The notes beneath the pieces were generated by a model that was given only the letters and a program-made list of their open reading frames with translations, had not been told where the DNA came from and did not search any database. A DNA stretch of 51,341 bases, from assembly GCA_028821715.1 (NCBI GenBank), contig JAPKFF010000001.1:1-51341 (forward strand), given 5' to 3'. Origin of the DNA: Dehalococcoidia bacterium. GTDB taxonomy: Bacteria > Chloroflexota > Dehalococcoidia > Lucifugimonadales > Lucifugimonadaceae. The translations under genes and the position numbers were made by a program. This document shows positions 29,623 through 41,814 of the stretch, in pieces (position 1 is the stretch's first letter; each line of letters starts with the position of its first letter).

Positions 29623-30914
29623 AGCTGAGCGCCAAACTCTTGGATCACAGCACCGGCAGGTGGCTTCGGGTAGAAGTTCGTAGCCTTAGCAGGCAAACGC
29701 CACCCTCGTGTAACGATCGAAACGAACTCATTAAGCGGCACAGGTCGCATGATGAACGCCATTTTTGCAGTTCCACTTTCGATCTGGCGGGCGATGAGTC
29801 CAGCGTCGTGATGCGGACTGATTACGCTCTCTTCACGTTCCTCGGCTATTACAGGTCTAATGATGTGTGAATGCAAGTGCGAGTATTCGGAGTTCTCAAG
29901 GGCATTCTCAGCAGGAGGTGGCGATTTCATCCGAGCAATATGAAACTTGCCCGGCTCCTTCGAGAACAATCCGAAAGTAACTTCCCTATTTTCACGTTCA
30001 CCAAGCGCAACCGAAAACTCTTCGATCTGCTCAGCAGTCGAAAGACCCTCGCTAGGAGACCAATCTTCAAGATCACATGTCTTTTCGACTGAACCAATAA
30101 TCCCTGCTAACTCGTCGTCGGTAGCCGATTCAACAAGGCGATGGTAGCCACGGGTAATGAGTCCCGGCTCATCGAAAGAAACCATCAGCATAATTCTGAA
30201 GTTGATCGATTCATCATGATCAACCTCTCGTTCAGCACGAACACTGCCGCGATATCGCAGCGCCGCCTCATAACGGTGATGACCGTCAGCAATAAATATC
30301 TCAGCATCTTTAAGAGCAGCCTGAATCACTCCTATAGTACCCATATCAGAAACTCTCCACAGCCTCAACTGCGGCATATCGGGTGGCGTGAAAACTGCAG
30401 TAGGTTCTCCACCAGCAATAGCACGAATAATATTTCCGACACTGGAACGAAGGTCGTCTCTGAAAATCGACAGTAGCGGGCTGTAATTCGACTGAGCGGC
30501 CGCCATCACGTTCATCCGGTCGGCAACCCACTCAGAGCGAGTCCCTTCATGCGGAAGCACGACTTTCTGATCGTAGTCTTCTAATCGAACGGCAGCTACG
30601 AAACCTCGGCGACGTAACGTTTGGCCCTGGTACTTGAACTCCTCTTCGGTCACATAAATAGAAGGAGCCTCTTCGTGCTTCAACACACCAGAGTCAGTCC
30701 ATGCCTGAGCAGTTTCGGCCGCCTTTTCGTACGGATCTTCCGCAAGCCCACGGCGCGCCAGTTCGAGTCGCACAATGTTGTATGGCGAGCGAGTGTACAG
30801 CTCCTTTTGGAGCTGCGGAGTTATCACGTCAAATGGCGGACATACGTTAAGACTCACGTCACCTGCGACTTGTGGGTTGTAGCGAACTGCCCTGAAAGGT
30901 TGAATTTCTGCCAT
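29619..30914 (-). CDS. DUF1015 family protein (ParB/Srx-like DGHHR motif)
   Basis: MAEIQPFRAVRY, PPFDVI, SPYNIVRL, LPHEGT, IADGHHRYE, PAKATNFYPKP. Confidence 0.88.
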   Translation of the reverse strand: MAEIQPFRAVRYNPQVAGDVSLNVCPPFDVITPQLQKELYTRSPYNIVRLELARRGLAEDPYEKAAETAQAWTDSGVLKHEEAPSIYVTEEEFKYQGQTLRRRGFVAAVRLEDYDQKVVLPHEGTRSEWVADRMNVMAAAQSNYSPLLSIFRDDLRSSVGNIIRAIAGGEPTAVFTPPDMPQLRLWRVSDMGTIGVIQAALKDAEIFIADGHHRYEAALRYRGSVRAEREVDHDESINFRIMLMVSFDEPGLITRGYHRLVESATDDELAGIIGSVEKTCDLEDWSPSEGLSTAEQIEEFSVALGERENREVTFGLFSKEPGKFHIARMKSPPPAENALENSEYSHLHSHIIRPVIAEEREESVISPHHDAGLIARQIESGTAKMAFIMRPVPLNEFVSIVTRGWRLPAKATNFYPKPPAGAVIQEFGAQL

Positions 30915-31028
30915 AGCTGATTATGAAATGAGACTGCGGATCCGTGATTATCGATGTGTTTAGACGAGAAAGTATAGACCTTGGCACTATCCGATCAGCA
31001 TGCTCTGCCCGAGTAATGCCGTAAATAG

Positions 31029-33260
<2,232 letters not shown>

Positions 33261-33456
33261 CCCCACTTATCGTTATTCCCAGCATTCAACATAGTTTGCT
33301 GGAGAATTAAATCGTAGTTACGTTCGCTTACTCATTTACGCAGGTCAACCCCCTGCCATTTTCTTTCGCTGACGACCTCATTGGCGAAACCCGGGGGAGG
33401 TAATTGTTGCCTAAGACTGGCGACCCGATTACGGCAAAGACCTACAAAGTGACGCC

Positions 33457-33816
33457 ATGTATCGCCTATTACTACTGCAGTCGAGTTACGTTGCCCAGCA
33501 ATCGGAGATCATCAACAAACGAATTTGCGTGATAGTTCAGGCTCCGCCCAATAACGATGTTGGCAATATGATTTCCGAGATAGTCAGACTTTTCAACTTA
33601 TATCGTGAGCGGGTCGCATTGGTTGTCGCAAATTTGGTGATGGATTCACCCGAAACTGACAAACTAGTTAGTCTATTTCGGCTCAATTCCACTGGAGATT
33701 TGTCTAACCTAGCAAACGTTCTCGACGATAAGGTCATATCATTTCTAAACGAATTGTTTGTCAAACCAAGTGGATCAAGCGGGAATATCGACGATTGGAC
33801 GTATCATCACTCTTAG
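33457..33816 (+). CDS. Hypothetical helical protein, possibly a degraded gene
   Basis: Protein-like 119-aa ORF with no recognised motif. A strong GGAGG at ~33396 points to a short ORF in another frame, which hints at a frameshift. Confidence 0.3.
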   Translation: MYRLLLLQSSYVAQQSEIINKRICVIVQAPPNNDVGNMISEIVRLFNLYRERVALVVANLVMDSPETDKLVSLFRLNSTGDLSNLANVLDDKVISFLNELFVKPSGSSGNIDDWTYHHS

Positions 33817-34451
33817 ACAAGTTCTTTCCTAGTGGAAACGGCGGTGGATCAGAAGGTTCGCCGTGGCTGGTTGTCGGCTTAGGCAATCCAGGCGCTGAAT
33901 ATAAAAACACCCGTCACAACGTCGGATGGTGGTGTCTCGATGAACTCGTCAAACGCACAAACGCCGAACTGAATCGAAAGCGCAAGGAATTACGGTTCGC
34001 CGAAACCGAACTCGGTGGGTCAGCAGTCGTTCTCGCCTATCCAAGAACGTTCATGAACCGCTCGGGAACTGTTCTAAGCTACCTGACGAACCGGTTCGGA
34101 ACCACTCCTGACAAAATCCTGATTGTCACGGATGACATAACCCTAAAACCGGGTTCTGTGCGTATACGAAAGCAGGGTGGCCCGGGCGGCCACAATGGCC
34201 TGAAATCGATCATCACATCACTCGGTACGAACGAGTTTCCGCGAGTCCGTATTGGCGTTGGGAACCCAGAATCGTCGGCGGTGCAGGTTGATCATGTTTT
34301 AGGCACTTTCGACCCTGATACACGAGCCATGGTCAAATCCGCGTCCGAACGAGCTGCTGATGCGATTACGATGATCGCCAGCGGTGATTTCGACAATGCA
34401 ATGAACAAGTTTAACTTGACGAATAATGGCGACAAACCAGCATCAAAGTGA
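33795..34451 (+). CDS. pth: Peptidyl-tRNA hydrolase
   Basis: LVVGLGNPG..Y..TRHNVG, TFMNRSG, GGHNGLKSI, RVRIGVG. Confidence 0.96.
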   Translation: MDVSSLLDKFFPSGNGGGSEGSPWLVVGLGNPGAEYKNTRHNVGWWCLDELVKRTNAELNRKRKELRFAETELGGSAVVLAYPRTFMNRSGTVLSYLTNRFGTTPDKILIVTDDITLKPGSVRIRKQGGPGGHNGLKSIITSLGTNEFPRVRIGVGNPESSAVQVDHVLGTFDPDTRAMVKSASERAADAITMIASGDFDNAMNKFNLTNNGDKPASK

Positions 34452-36565
34452 TGCATAAAATTTCAGAATTTCGCCTTGTGCGGATCAGCTTGCCAAAATC
34501 TCTACACATAGTCGGCATGCTTGCTTTGCTCGCTGTCGTAATTGGTTGTACCACTCCCGTCGTCGATGGCGAACCAGCCGCGGGCGTAACACCCAATTCC
34601 CAACCCGCTACCGCTATGCCGGTACCCAAAGCGAAAATTTCAACAGCGACACCGATCCTATCACGCACACCTGAACCAAATCCGACCAGTATGCCTAGCT
34701 CCAGCGCTCTGACTCCCCAAGCTTTACGTACCGCAAAACCGGTGGCTATAACGGAACAGATAAATCCTACCCGAACGCCGTTCCCAACCAGAATCCCAAC
34801 CGCCACCCCTATATACATACCCGCCCAGCCCGAACCGATCATTCCTGCCCCTCCTGACCGCGATCTACAAGAACTAGGTAAGCGACTCGTCCCCGGCTAC
34901 ACCGAGCCGAAAACGGTAGTGGCATCGGAACCTCTCATTGTTGGCGACGACGTAAATTTCTGGGTGTCGCGGGACGTCGGTAGCGTGTTAGTAAGCGGCA
35001 CAGTTTCTCATGTATCAGAGCACGTTTACTGGGTATTCGAAACCGGTTATGAGCCAGACCCAATCGACATTGCTGAGGTCGCCAGCAATTTTGAATCCGA
35101 TGTTTGGCCGGCCGTTACTGAAGTTTTTGGAGCGCCACTGACACCGGGCATCGATGGCGATGACCGAATGGTTGTTTATACAGCAGTCTTACGATCAGGA
35201 ATTGCCGGATATTTCTCAGCTGCCGACTCATACCCGAAAGAGATCCGAACTCAATCGAACCAGCGTGAAGCCCTCTATATGTCGGCTGACAGCGTCGATC
35301 TGTCGGGTAACGAATACCTAAGTGTTATCGCTCACGAATTACAGCATGCTACTCACTTTGCAACCGACAATAGTGAAGACTCGTGGGTCAACGAAGGCCT
35401 ATCGGAAGTTGCTGCTGAGATCGCCGGGTTTACCAGATCGTCAGCAGCAGCATTCGTTCGAGAACCCGCAACTTCTCTCACTGCGTGGGCACAAGACATT
35501 TCTGTTTCAGCGGCAAACTACGGAGCTGCAAAACTATTTTTTGGGTTCCTTTCCGTTCACTATGGTGGCAATGAGTTACTGACCGCGTTTGCCCAGCATC
35601 AGGCTGACGGTATGGAGTCTGTGGACCTCACTCTCACCGAACGTGGGTTCGATGTAACAGCCGACGACGTGTACGCCGATTGGCTCGTTGCCAACTATCT
35701 CAGTGCAAACACGGGACCCTACGCGTATGAGGATAATTTCGTTCCGCCGGTGAGAAATGTCTACAAGCGCGCACCCGACTCGCTCTCAGGATCAGTCAAA
35801 TCTTACGGCTCTAAGTACGTTGTGACTTCGAGTGGTTCAAGTAGGATGTCTGTCAAATTTCAGGGTGAAGCTACGACATCTTTACTAACCACGGCTCCGC
35901 ACTCTGGTGACACGTGCTGGTGGTCGAATCACGGTGATTCGATCGATTCAACATTGACTCGAAAAGTCGATCTTCGGTCCGTCAATTCAGCCTCATTAAC
36001 GTTCTGGGTCAACTACAACATCGAAAAGTTTTGGGACTATGCCTATGTGATGGTATCGAACGACGACGGCAGCACATGGGACATTCTCGACACCGAGCGA
36101 GCTATCAATTTCGATCCAAACGGCAACAGCTATGGCCCCGGATTAACGGGCACAAGTCTCGGATGGGTTAAGGATTCGGTAGATCTTTCTTATTACGCCG
36201 GTGAACAGGTATTTCTCAGGTTTGAATACATCACCGACGACGCCGTATTCGCACAAGGCGCTTGCTTCGATGATTTCGAAATTCCTGAACTCGGATGGAT
36301 TGACGATACATCGACATTTGCCGATTGGACCGCAAACGGATTCGTCAGAGTCGAAGAGACAATCCCAACGCAGTATCTCGTTCAGGTGATCCACGAAAAA
36401 GACATTGGCGATCCGGTCGTTTATCAGGTTCCTGTCAATTCAATGGGTACGGGAAACCTGACAGTCGAGAACGTCGGCGACGATGATCTCGTAGTGATCA
36501 TCATTAGCGCAACTAATCGCCATTCGACGCTGCCAACGAACTACACGCTCGACATTCGTCCATAA
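34448..36565 (+). CDS. Immune inhibitor A-like (M6/M30-type) zinc metallopeptidase lipoprotein
   Basis: Lipobox VIGC, Pro/Thr linker, PGIDGD, AHELQH, WVNEGLSE, and a C-terminal WDYAYV/FEYITDD domain. True start probably downstream of 34448. Confidence 0.85.
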   Translation: MMHKISEFRLVRISLPKSLHIVGMLALLAVVIGCTTPVVDGEPAAGVTPNSQPATAMPVPKAKISTATPILSRTPEPNPTSMPSSSALTPQALRTAKPVAITEQINPTRTPFPTRIPTATPIYIPAQPEPIIPAPPDRDLQELGKRLVPGYTEPKTVVASEPLIVGDDVNFWVSRDVGSVLVSGTVSHVSEHVYWVFETGYEPDPIDIAEVASNFESDVWPAVTEVFGAPLTPGIDGDDRMVVYTAVLRSGIAGYFSAADSYPKEIRTQSNQREALYMSADSVDLSGNEYLSVIAHELQHATHFATDNSEDSWVNEGLSEVAAEIAGFTRSSAAAFVREPATSLTAWAQDISVSAANYGAAKLFFGFLSVHYGGNELLTAFAQHQADGMESVDLTLTERGFDVTADDVYADWLVANYLSANTGPYAYEDNFVPPVRNVYKRAPDSLSGSVKSYGSKYVVTSSGSSRMSVKFQGEATTSLLTTAPHSGDTCWWSNHGDSIDSTLTRKVDLRSVNSASLTFWVNYNIEKFWDYAYVMVSNDDGSTWDILDTERAINFDPNGNSYGPGLTGTSLGWVKDSVDLSYYAGEQVFLRFEYITDDAVFAQGACFDDFEIPELGWIDDTSTFADWTANGFVRVEETIPTQYLVQVIHEKDIGDPVVYQVPVNSMGTGNLTVENVGDDDLVVIIISATNRHSTLPTNYTLDIRP

Positions 36566-36720
36566 ACACACTCGAACGGCTTCATTCGCTATATGGCGAC
36601 CTCAGTCCAGTCGCCGAAAATAACTTCTGATATTTCTAGTCCAGTGCTTTTGAGCTTACGGTAATTCACAGATCAATCTTCCGAGGTGAGACAGATTATT
36701 TCGTGGGGAAAATGACCAAG

Positions 36721-37983
36721 CTAGTTCACTTCGATACGATCCCAGCCGGTGTACGGAACCAGCACATCAGGAATAACGATCGAGCCGTCTGCCTGTAGAC
36801 CATTCTCTATAACTGCAATCCAAATGCGAGGCAGTGCCAATCCTGAACCGTTCAGAGTGTGCGGCAACTTCGTCGAAGCCCCCACTTCTGGACGATATCG
36901 AGTTCCGTTTCGCCGGGTCTGGAAATCGGTGCAAGTAGAAATCGAGCTGACTTCAAGCCACTCGGCACAACCCGGCGACCACACTTCGATGTCGTAGGTT
37001 TTAGCCGACTGAAAGCCGATATCACCAGCACAAAGCTGTAGCACTCGGTGGGTCAAACCAAGTCGAGCGCACAGAGATTCAGCCTCACAGACCATCTCTT
37101 CCAACATTTCGTCAGAAGTGTCTGGTTCGACATATCGGAACATCTCGACTTTTTCGAACTGATGAACCCGCTTGATTCCGCGGACGTCTCTTCCTGCCGA
37201 CGTATGCTCTTTACGGAAGCTAGGAGTCTGAGCTACGTACTTCAGCGGGAGTCGATCAGGGTCGATAATTTTTCCTTGATGTAATCCGTTCAGTGCGACT
37301 TCGGCTGTAGGCACGAGCCACAAATCCGACTCATCGTCGCGATAGAGATTGTCTTTGAACTTGGGCAGGTTTCCTGAACCGGTCATCGTCTCGCCACGAA
37401 CCAATAGCGGCGGGTCGATTTCGGTGTAGCCGTGGACTTCAGTCTGAATATCAAGCATCCAAGACGCCAATGCCCGTTGGAGCTTGGCGCCCTTTCCCTT
37501 CAGCACGTAAAAGCGTGCGCCTGCAATGCTCGCACCGGCTTCGAGATCGAGAATATCTAGCTTGGTAGCAATGTCCCAGTGTGCGTTGCCGTGCAACTCG
37601 GCAGGGCCCTCTGAAGTACGGATTACGATGTTCGATTCTTCATCAAGTCCGTCTGGAACATCATCGAGTGGCGTGTTTGGAATCGGCAGAAGAACGGCGT
37701 TCAACTCTTCGGTAACACCCGCCAAATCCGCCTCTACATATTTGATCCGCTCACCAGCCGCACGCATTTCTACGATCTCTTCTGGCGTTGGCTTCCGCTT
37801 CTCGTCACCAATAGCCTTGCTCACCTTGTTCCGATTCGCACGATCGACGCCGGCTTCCTGAATCAACTCTTTTCGTCGAGAGTCGAGTTCGACAATCCTG
37901 TCGATAGGCGGGTCTTCTCCGCGTCGAACCAATGCGGCTCGGAATTTTTCAGGATCTCGGACTATCTGTTCCAGTGAAAGCAT
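36721..37983 (-). CDS. serS: Serine--tRNA ligase
   Basis: PTAEV, FRKE..SAGRDVRG..RVHQFEKVE, EVSSIS.CTDFQ, HTLNGSGLA. Confidence 0.98.
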   Translation of the reverse strand: MLSLEQIVRDPEKFRAALVRRGEDPPIDRIVELDSRRKELIQEAGVDRANRNKVSKAIGDEKRKPTPEEIVEMRAAGERIKYVEADLAGVTEELNAVLLPIPNTPLDDVPDGLDEESNIVIRTSEGPAELHGNAHWDIATKLDILDLEAGASIAGARFYVLKGKGAKLQRALASWMLDIQTEVHGYTEIDPPLLVRGETMTGSGNLPKFKDNLYRDDESDLWLVPTAEVALNGLHQGKIIDPDRLPLKYVAQTPSFRKEHTSAGRDVRGIKRVHQFEKVEMFRYVEPDTSDEMLEEMVCEAESLCARLGLTHRVLQLCAGDIGFQSAKTYDIEVWSPGCAEWLEVSSISTCTDFQTRRNGTRYRPEVGASTKLPHTLNGSGLALPRIWIAVIENGLQADGSIVIPDVLVPYTGWDRIEVN

Positions 37984-38031
37984 TTTTTACTCTAATAATT
38001 TGGCAGGCGACGAAATACTAGTTCGATTAGA

Positions 38032-39612
38032 TCACGTGTTACGCATGGCAGGGAATAGCAAAATTTCTCGGATCGACTCTTCTCCGGCGATCAGCATTGT
38101 GAGCCGGTCGATTCCCAGTCCAAGCCCGCCCGTTGGCGGCATACCGTGTTCGATAGCAACGAGGAAGTCTTCATCCAAACGATCAGCTTCATCGTCGCCG
38201 AACTCCAAACGCATCTTCTCCTGCTGCTCGAATCGATCACGCTGGTCGACCGGATCGTTCAATTCGGTAAATGCGTTGCAAAGTTCGGTTCCCATAACGA
38301 AACCTTCAAACCTCTCGACGATTTCGTCTAAGTCTGGCTTACGCTTTGCGAGCGGAGACATTTCGACCGGGTAGTCGACCAAGAAATTAGGCTGCACAAG
38401 ATGAGGTTCAACTTCCGACGAAATAACCTTGTCGAGCAAACGCCCCCAAGCTGATCCAGCTTCGACGTGAATACCACGCTCCCGCATCGCCGCCGAAAGC
38501 GACTCAGTGTCACGGGTCACAACGAAATCTATACCAGTTCGCTTTTTGATCTCTTTACGTAGGTCGAGTCGAGGCCACGGAGGCGTTAGATCGATCTCGG
38601 GTCTCATACCCTCAACTTCCGGCAAAACCATCGAGCCGGTCGTTTCTTTGGCGATAGTCGAAACCAAGTTCTCGACCATCTCCATTACATCATTGTAATC
38701 GGCGTACGCCTGATAACTCTCGATGGTCGTGAACTCTGGATTGTGATCGTGATCGAGTCCTTCATTTCGGAACAACCGACCGATTTCGAATACTCGTTCG
38801 ATACCACCGACGATCAATTTTTTTAGATAAAGTTCGGTTGCAATTCGCAGATACAAATCACGGTCAAGCTGGTTGTGATGAGTCTCAAAAGGAGTCGCCT
38901 GAGCACCACCAGCGACGGGTACCAGAATCGGAGTTTCGACTTCGATAAATCCGGCACCGTGCATGAAAGCTCGCACAGACTTAACGACATTTGAACGCAA
39001 CAGAGCGTTCTTCATCGCCTTGTCGTTAGAAATCAGATCAAGATAGCGCTGGCGGAATCGAATTTCTTGATCCTGTAGACCATGCCACTTGTCGGGCAAC
39101 GGACGAATCGCCTTGGTGAGAACGGTGACTTTGGCAGCCTCAACGCTAATTTCGCCGCGGCGAGTCCGTATTACTGAACCCTCGACGCCGATGATGTCTC
39201 CAATATCTAGTAAACCCAACATTTCATACTCGTCATCGCCCATCGTGTTCTGGCGGGCGAACGCCTGAATCGAACCGTAGCCGTCCTTCAGGTCGATGAA
39301 TGCAGCCTTACCCATACCGCGACGAGCCATAACTCGGCCGGCGATTCGGATGGTTTCGGTTCGTGGGTGCCCGGAATCATCACCGACACCATTGCTCGCC
39401 ATTACTTCGGCGCATTCGAACAGTTTAGCTGCTTCTTCAGACGTGTGAGTTCGATCAAAACGTGCAGGGTAAGGATCGATACCCTTCGCCCGGATCTGAG
39501 CCGTTTTGGCTAGACGATCTTCAATGAGTTTTCGTTCGCCTGCAGCCACATCGGCTTCGTTCAAAGAATCTGGCAACGATTCTGGCTGTTCTTGTTGATC
39601 TTGGTTGGTCAT
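38032..39612 (-). CDS. lysS: Lysine--tRNA ligase (class II)
   Basis: LPDKWHGL, RQRYLDL, YLRIATELYLK, FRNEG, HGMPPTGGLGLGIDRL. Confidence 0.98.
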   Translation of the reverse strand: MTNQDQQEQPESLPDSLNEADVAAGERKLIEDRLAKTAQIRAKGIDPYPARFDRTHTSEEAAKLFECAEVMASNGVGDDSGHPRTETIRIAGRVMARRGMGKAAFIDLKDGYGSIQAFARQNTMGDDEYEMLGLLDIGDIIGVEGSVIRTRRGEISVEAAKVTVLTKAIRPLPDKWHGLQDQEIRFRQRYLDLISNDKAMKNALLRSNVVKSVRAFMHGAGFIEVETPILVPVAGGAQATPFETHHNQLDRDLYLRIATELYLKKLIVGGIERVFEIGRLFRNEGLDHDHNPEFTTIESYQAYADYNDVMEMVENLVSTIAKETTGSMVLPEVEGMRPEIDLTPPWPRLDLRKEIKKRTGIDFVVTRDTESLSAAMRERGIHVEAGSAWGRLLDKVISSEVEPHLVQPNFLVDYPVEMSPLAKRKPDLDEIVERFEGFVMGTELCNAFTELNDPVDQRDRFEQQEKMRLEFGDDEADRLDEDFLVAIEHGMPPTGGLGLGIDRLTMLIAGEESIREILLFPAMRNT

Positions 39613-39942
39613 ATGTTCCGGTGCAGAAATTGCCTGCTGACACTCGTATTGTTCCGCATGTTTTTACGATACGGCACTTCTCTCACCTAATGCTGCTTGG
39701 CCAAGCGACTATCCGCATGCCAACTATGCAGCAATTCATTCTAAGCCAGCTATCGAACCGCCTGTGATTCGCACGTAACGGAATGGCCATCGATTAGACA
39801 GCCTATGACACCGCATCCGTGTAAAACCGCCAAAACCTGTAACAACTCACGATGGTTAACAATGACGGCTCCATGAATAATCGATTTTGTCCCATTTCGC
39901 GTAATAGCTTTACGGACACCCAGAGAAATTCAAGGGTCTAAG

Positions 39943-40536
39943 GTGCGGATCGAAAGTGCGATGAGCAACAACCGAAGAGGATCTTCACAGTTCCGTCGAA
40001 ATACTGGTTCCAGCCTCAGGCCGACAACTTCGAAGGTTAGATCCGCTATTTTTTCGATGCTCGGACCTGCCGGACCTCACGGTTTGCGGGTACTTGATAT
40101 TTACGCAGGAACGGGAGCACTCGGGATCGAAGCTCTACAGCGTGGCGCAACAAACGCAACGTTCATCGAGCAAAACGGTCGTCGGTGCGCAGATATAAAA
40201 AAGGCTCTCGAAAAGTACAAATTGGCAATGCAAGGTTCAGTACAAAAAGGTAGCGCACTCAACGCAGTCGGAAGACTGAAGGGTGAGTTTGACCTGATTT
40301 TTGCCGACCCCCCCTATGATCTCGTCGAGTTCGAGTCTCTATTCGGGCTTGTCCACAACGCCCATCTAATTGCACCCAACGCCATCGCATTTCTCGAACA
40401 CTCGAAGATGACTGATCTCCCCGATTCACTTCCCGGACTCTCGTTGTCTACCCACAGACTCTACGGCGACACGGCAATTTCAGTATACAAATCTCAAACC
40501 ACTCCAACCCAAATAACGAAGCCGGAGGGCGAATAG
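39943..40536 (+). CDS. rsmD: 16S rRNA m2G966 methyltransferase
   Basis: LRPTT.KVR.AIF, LDIYAGTGALGIEAL.RGA, FADPPY; upstream of coaD. Confidence 0.92.
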   Translation: MRIESAMSNNRRGSSQFRRNTGSSLRPTTSKVRSAIFSMLGPAGPHGLRVLDIYAGTGALGIEALQRGATNATFIEQNGRRCADIKKALEKYKLAMQGSVQKGSALNAVGRLKGEFDLIFADPPYDLVEFESLFGLVHNAHLIAPNAIAFLEHSKMTDLPDSLPGLSLSTHRLYGDTAISVYKSQTTPTQITKPEGE

Positions 40537-41028
40537 ATGGCACGAGCGATCTATCCCGGCACGTTTGACCCCGTTACCAATGGGCACGTGGATATTGTCG
40601 AACGGGCATCACAGACCGTCGAACATTTGACGGTTGGTGTTGTCGACGTCTCATCGAAACGAACCATGTTCAATGTCGATGAGCGGATAAAAATGTTCTC
40701 CGAAGCAGTGGCACACCTGCCAAACGTATCGGTAAAGGCGTACTCAGGCCTAACAGTCAACGCTGCCCGCGAAATCGAAGCAACGGTAATCATTCGTGGT
40801 TTACGGATCACGAGTGATTTTGAGTACGAAAGTGAAATGGCACTAATGAACCGCAGGATGGCTGAAGACGTCGAAACCGTTTGTCTATTCAGCGCACTGC
40901 AATATCAGATCCTGAGTTCATCGAGAGTGAAGGAAGTAGCGGCACTCGGCGCCGATGTGTCGGACCTCGTTCCTAAAAACGTTTGGGTGCCTCTGGTTGA
41001 GAGGCTCGAAACCAAACGAAACAAGTAG
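40537..41028 (+). CDS. coaD: Phosphopantetheine adenylyltransferase
   Basis: YPGTFDPVTNGH, IIRGLR..SDFEYE, SSSRVKEVA. Confidence 0.97.
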   Translation: MARAIYPGTFDPVTNGHVDIVERASQTVEHLTVGVVDVSSKRTMFNVDERIKMFSEAVAHLPNVSVKAYSGLTVNAAREIEATVIIRGLRITSDFEYESEMALMNRRMAEDVETVCLFSALQYQILSSSRVKEVAALGADVSDLVPKNVWVPLVERLETKRNK

Positions 41029-41077
41029 CAAGTAATAGTTAACAATACGCGTCAGTCAACACGTATGGAGGCAGAAA

Positions 41078-41671
41078 ATGACACTTATGTCACAGCTCGA
41101 AGACCTTGAGGCGATGATCGTCAAAGGTCGAGTACCCGGAACAGCTCGAACGCTCGTAAACCTGGACAAAATCACAGCAGTCATCGATGAGATGAAGGGT
41201 GAAATGCCAGAACAGTTGAACGAAGCCGAGGGTGTAGTTCGCCAGAAAGACGCGATCATCAAGCAGGCTGAATTAGAAGCCCGCCGAATTCGCGCCTACG
41301 CCGATGACGAAGCAACAACGATTCGTCAGCTGGCTGAAGAGCAGTCGAACACGCTGCTTACGACTTCGCAAGAAGAAGCCCGAAAGATGATCCAGAACAC
41401 TGAGATCACCCGAATGGCTAACGAACAGGCAACCGAGATCGAAGTAGACGCACAGAAGCGCGCTGGTAACTTGATCGATGATGCTGAAAGCCGTGTAAAC
41501 GGTATCTTGAACGAGGCTGAAACTTCAGCTGACTCACGTCGCAAGGGCGCAGACAACTATGCTCGAGAGGTTTTGTTCACGCTCGAAGAACGAATCGCCG
41601 ACACCCTTGGTCAGGTTCGAGGTGGTATCGACCTCCTCGATGCCCGCCCAACAGCAAACGCCGCCGACTAG
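41078..41671 (+). CDS. Coiled-coil DivIVA/SepIVA-like protein
   Basis: Long heptad Ala/Glu-rich coil ending GADNYAREVL..LE; occupies the usual position after rsmD-coaD. Confidence 0.7.
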   Translation: MTLMSQLEDLEAMIVKGRVPGTARTLVNLDKITAVIDEMKGEMPEQLNEAEGVVRQKDAIIKQAELEARRIRAYADDEATTIRQLAEEQSNTLLTTSQEEARKMIQNTEITRMANEQATEIEVDAQKRAGNLIDDAESRVNGILNEAETSADSRRKGADNYAREVLFTLEERIADTLGQVRGGIDLLDARPTANAAD

Positions 41672-41814
41672 TTCTGGTTCGCTGACCTCCCGTGGTGCCC
41701 AAGTGCAAATGCACGCCCGGCACTAACAAAAGAATCAACCACTCAGCCCTGTGCTCGCTCACATTCGCTCAAACGAACCAAGCGAGTCAGGGCTGCGTTG
41801 TTTGACCGCCTGGA

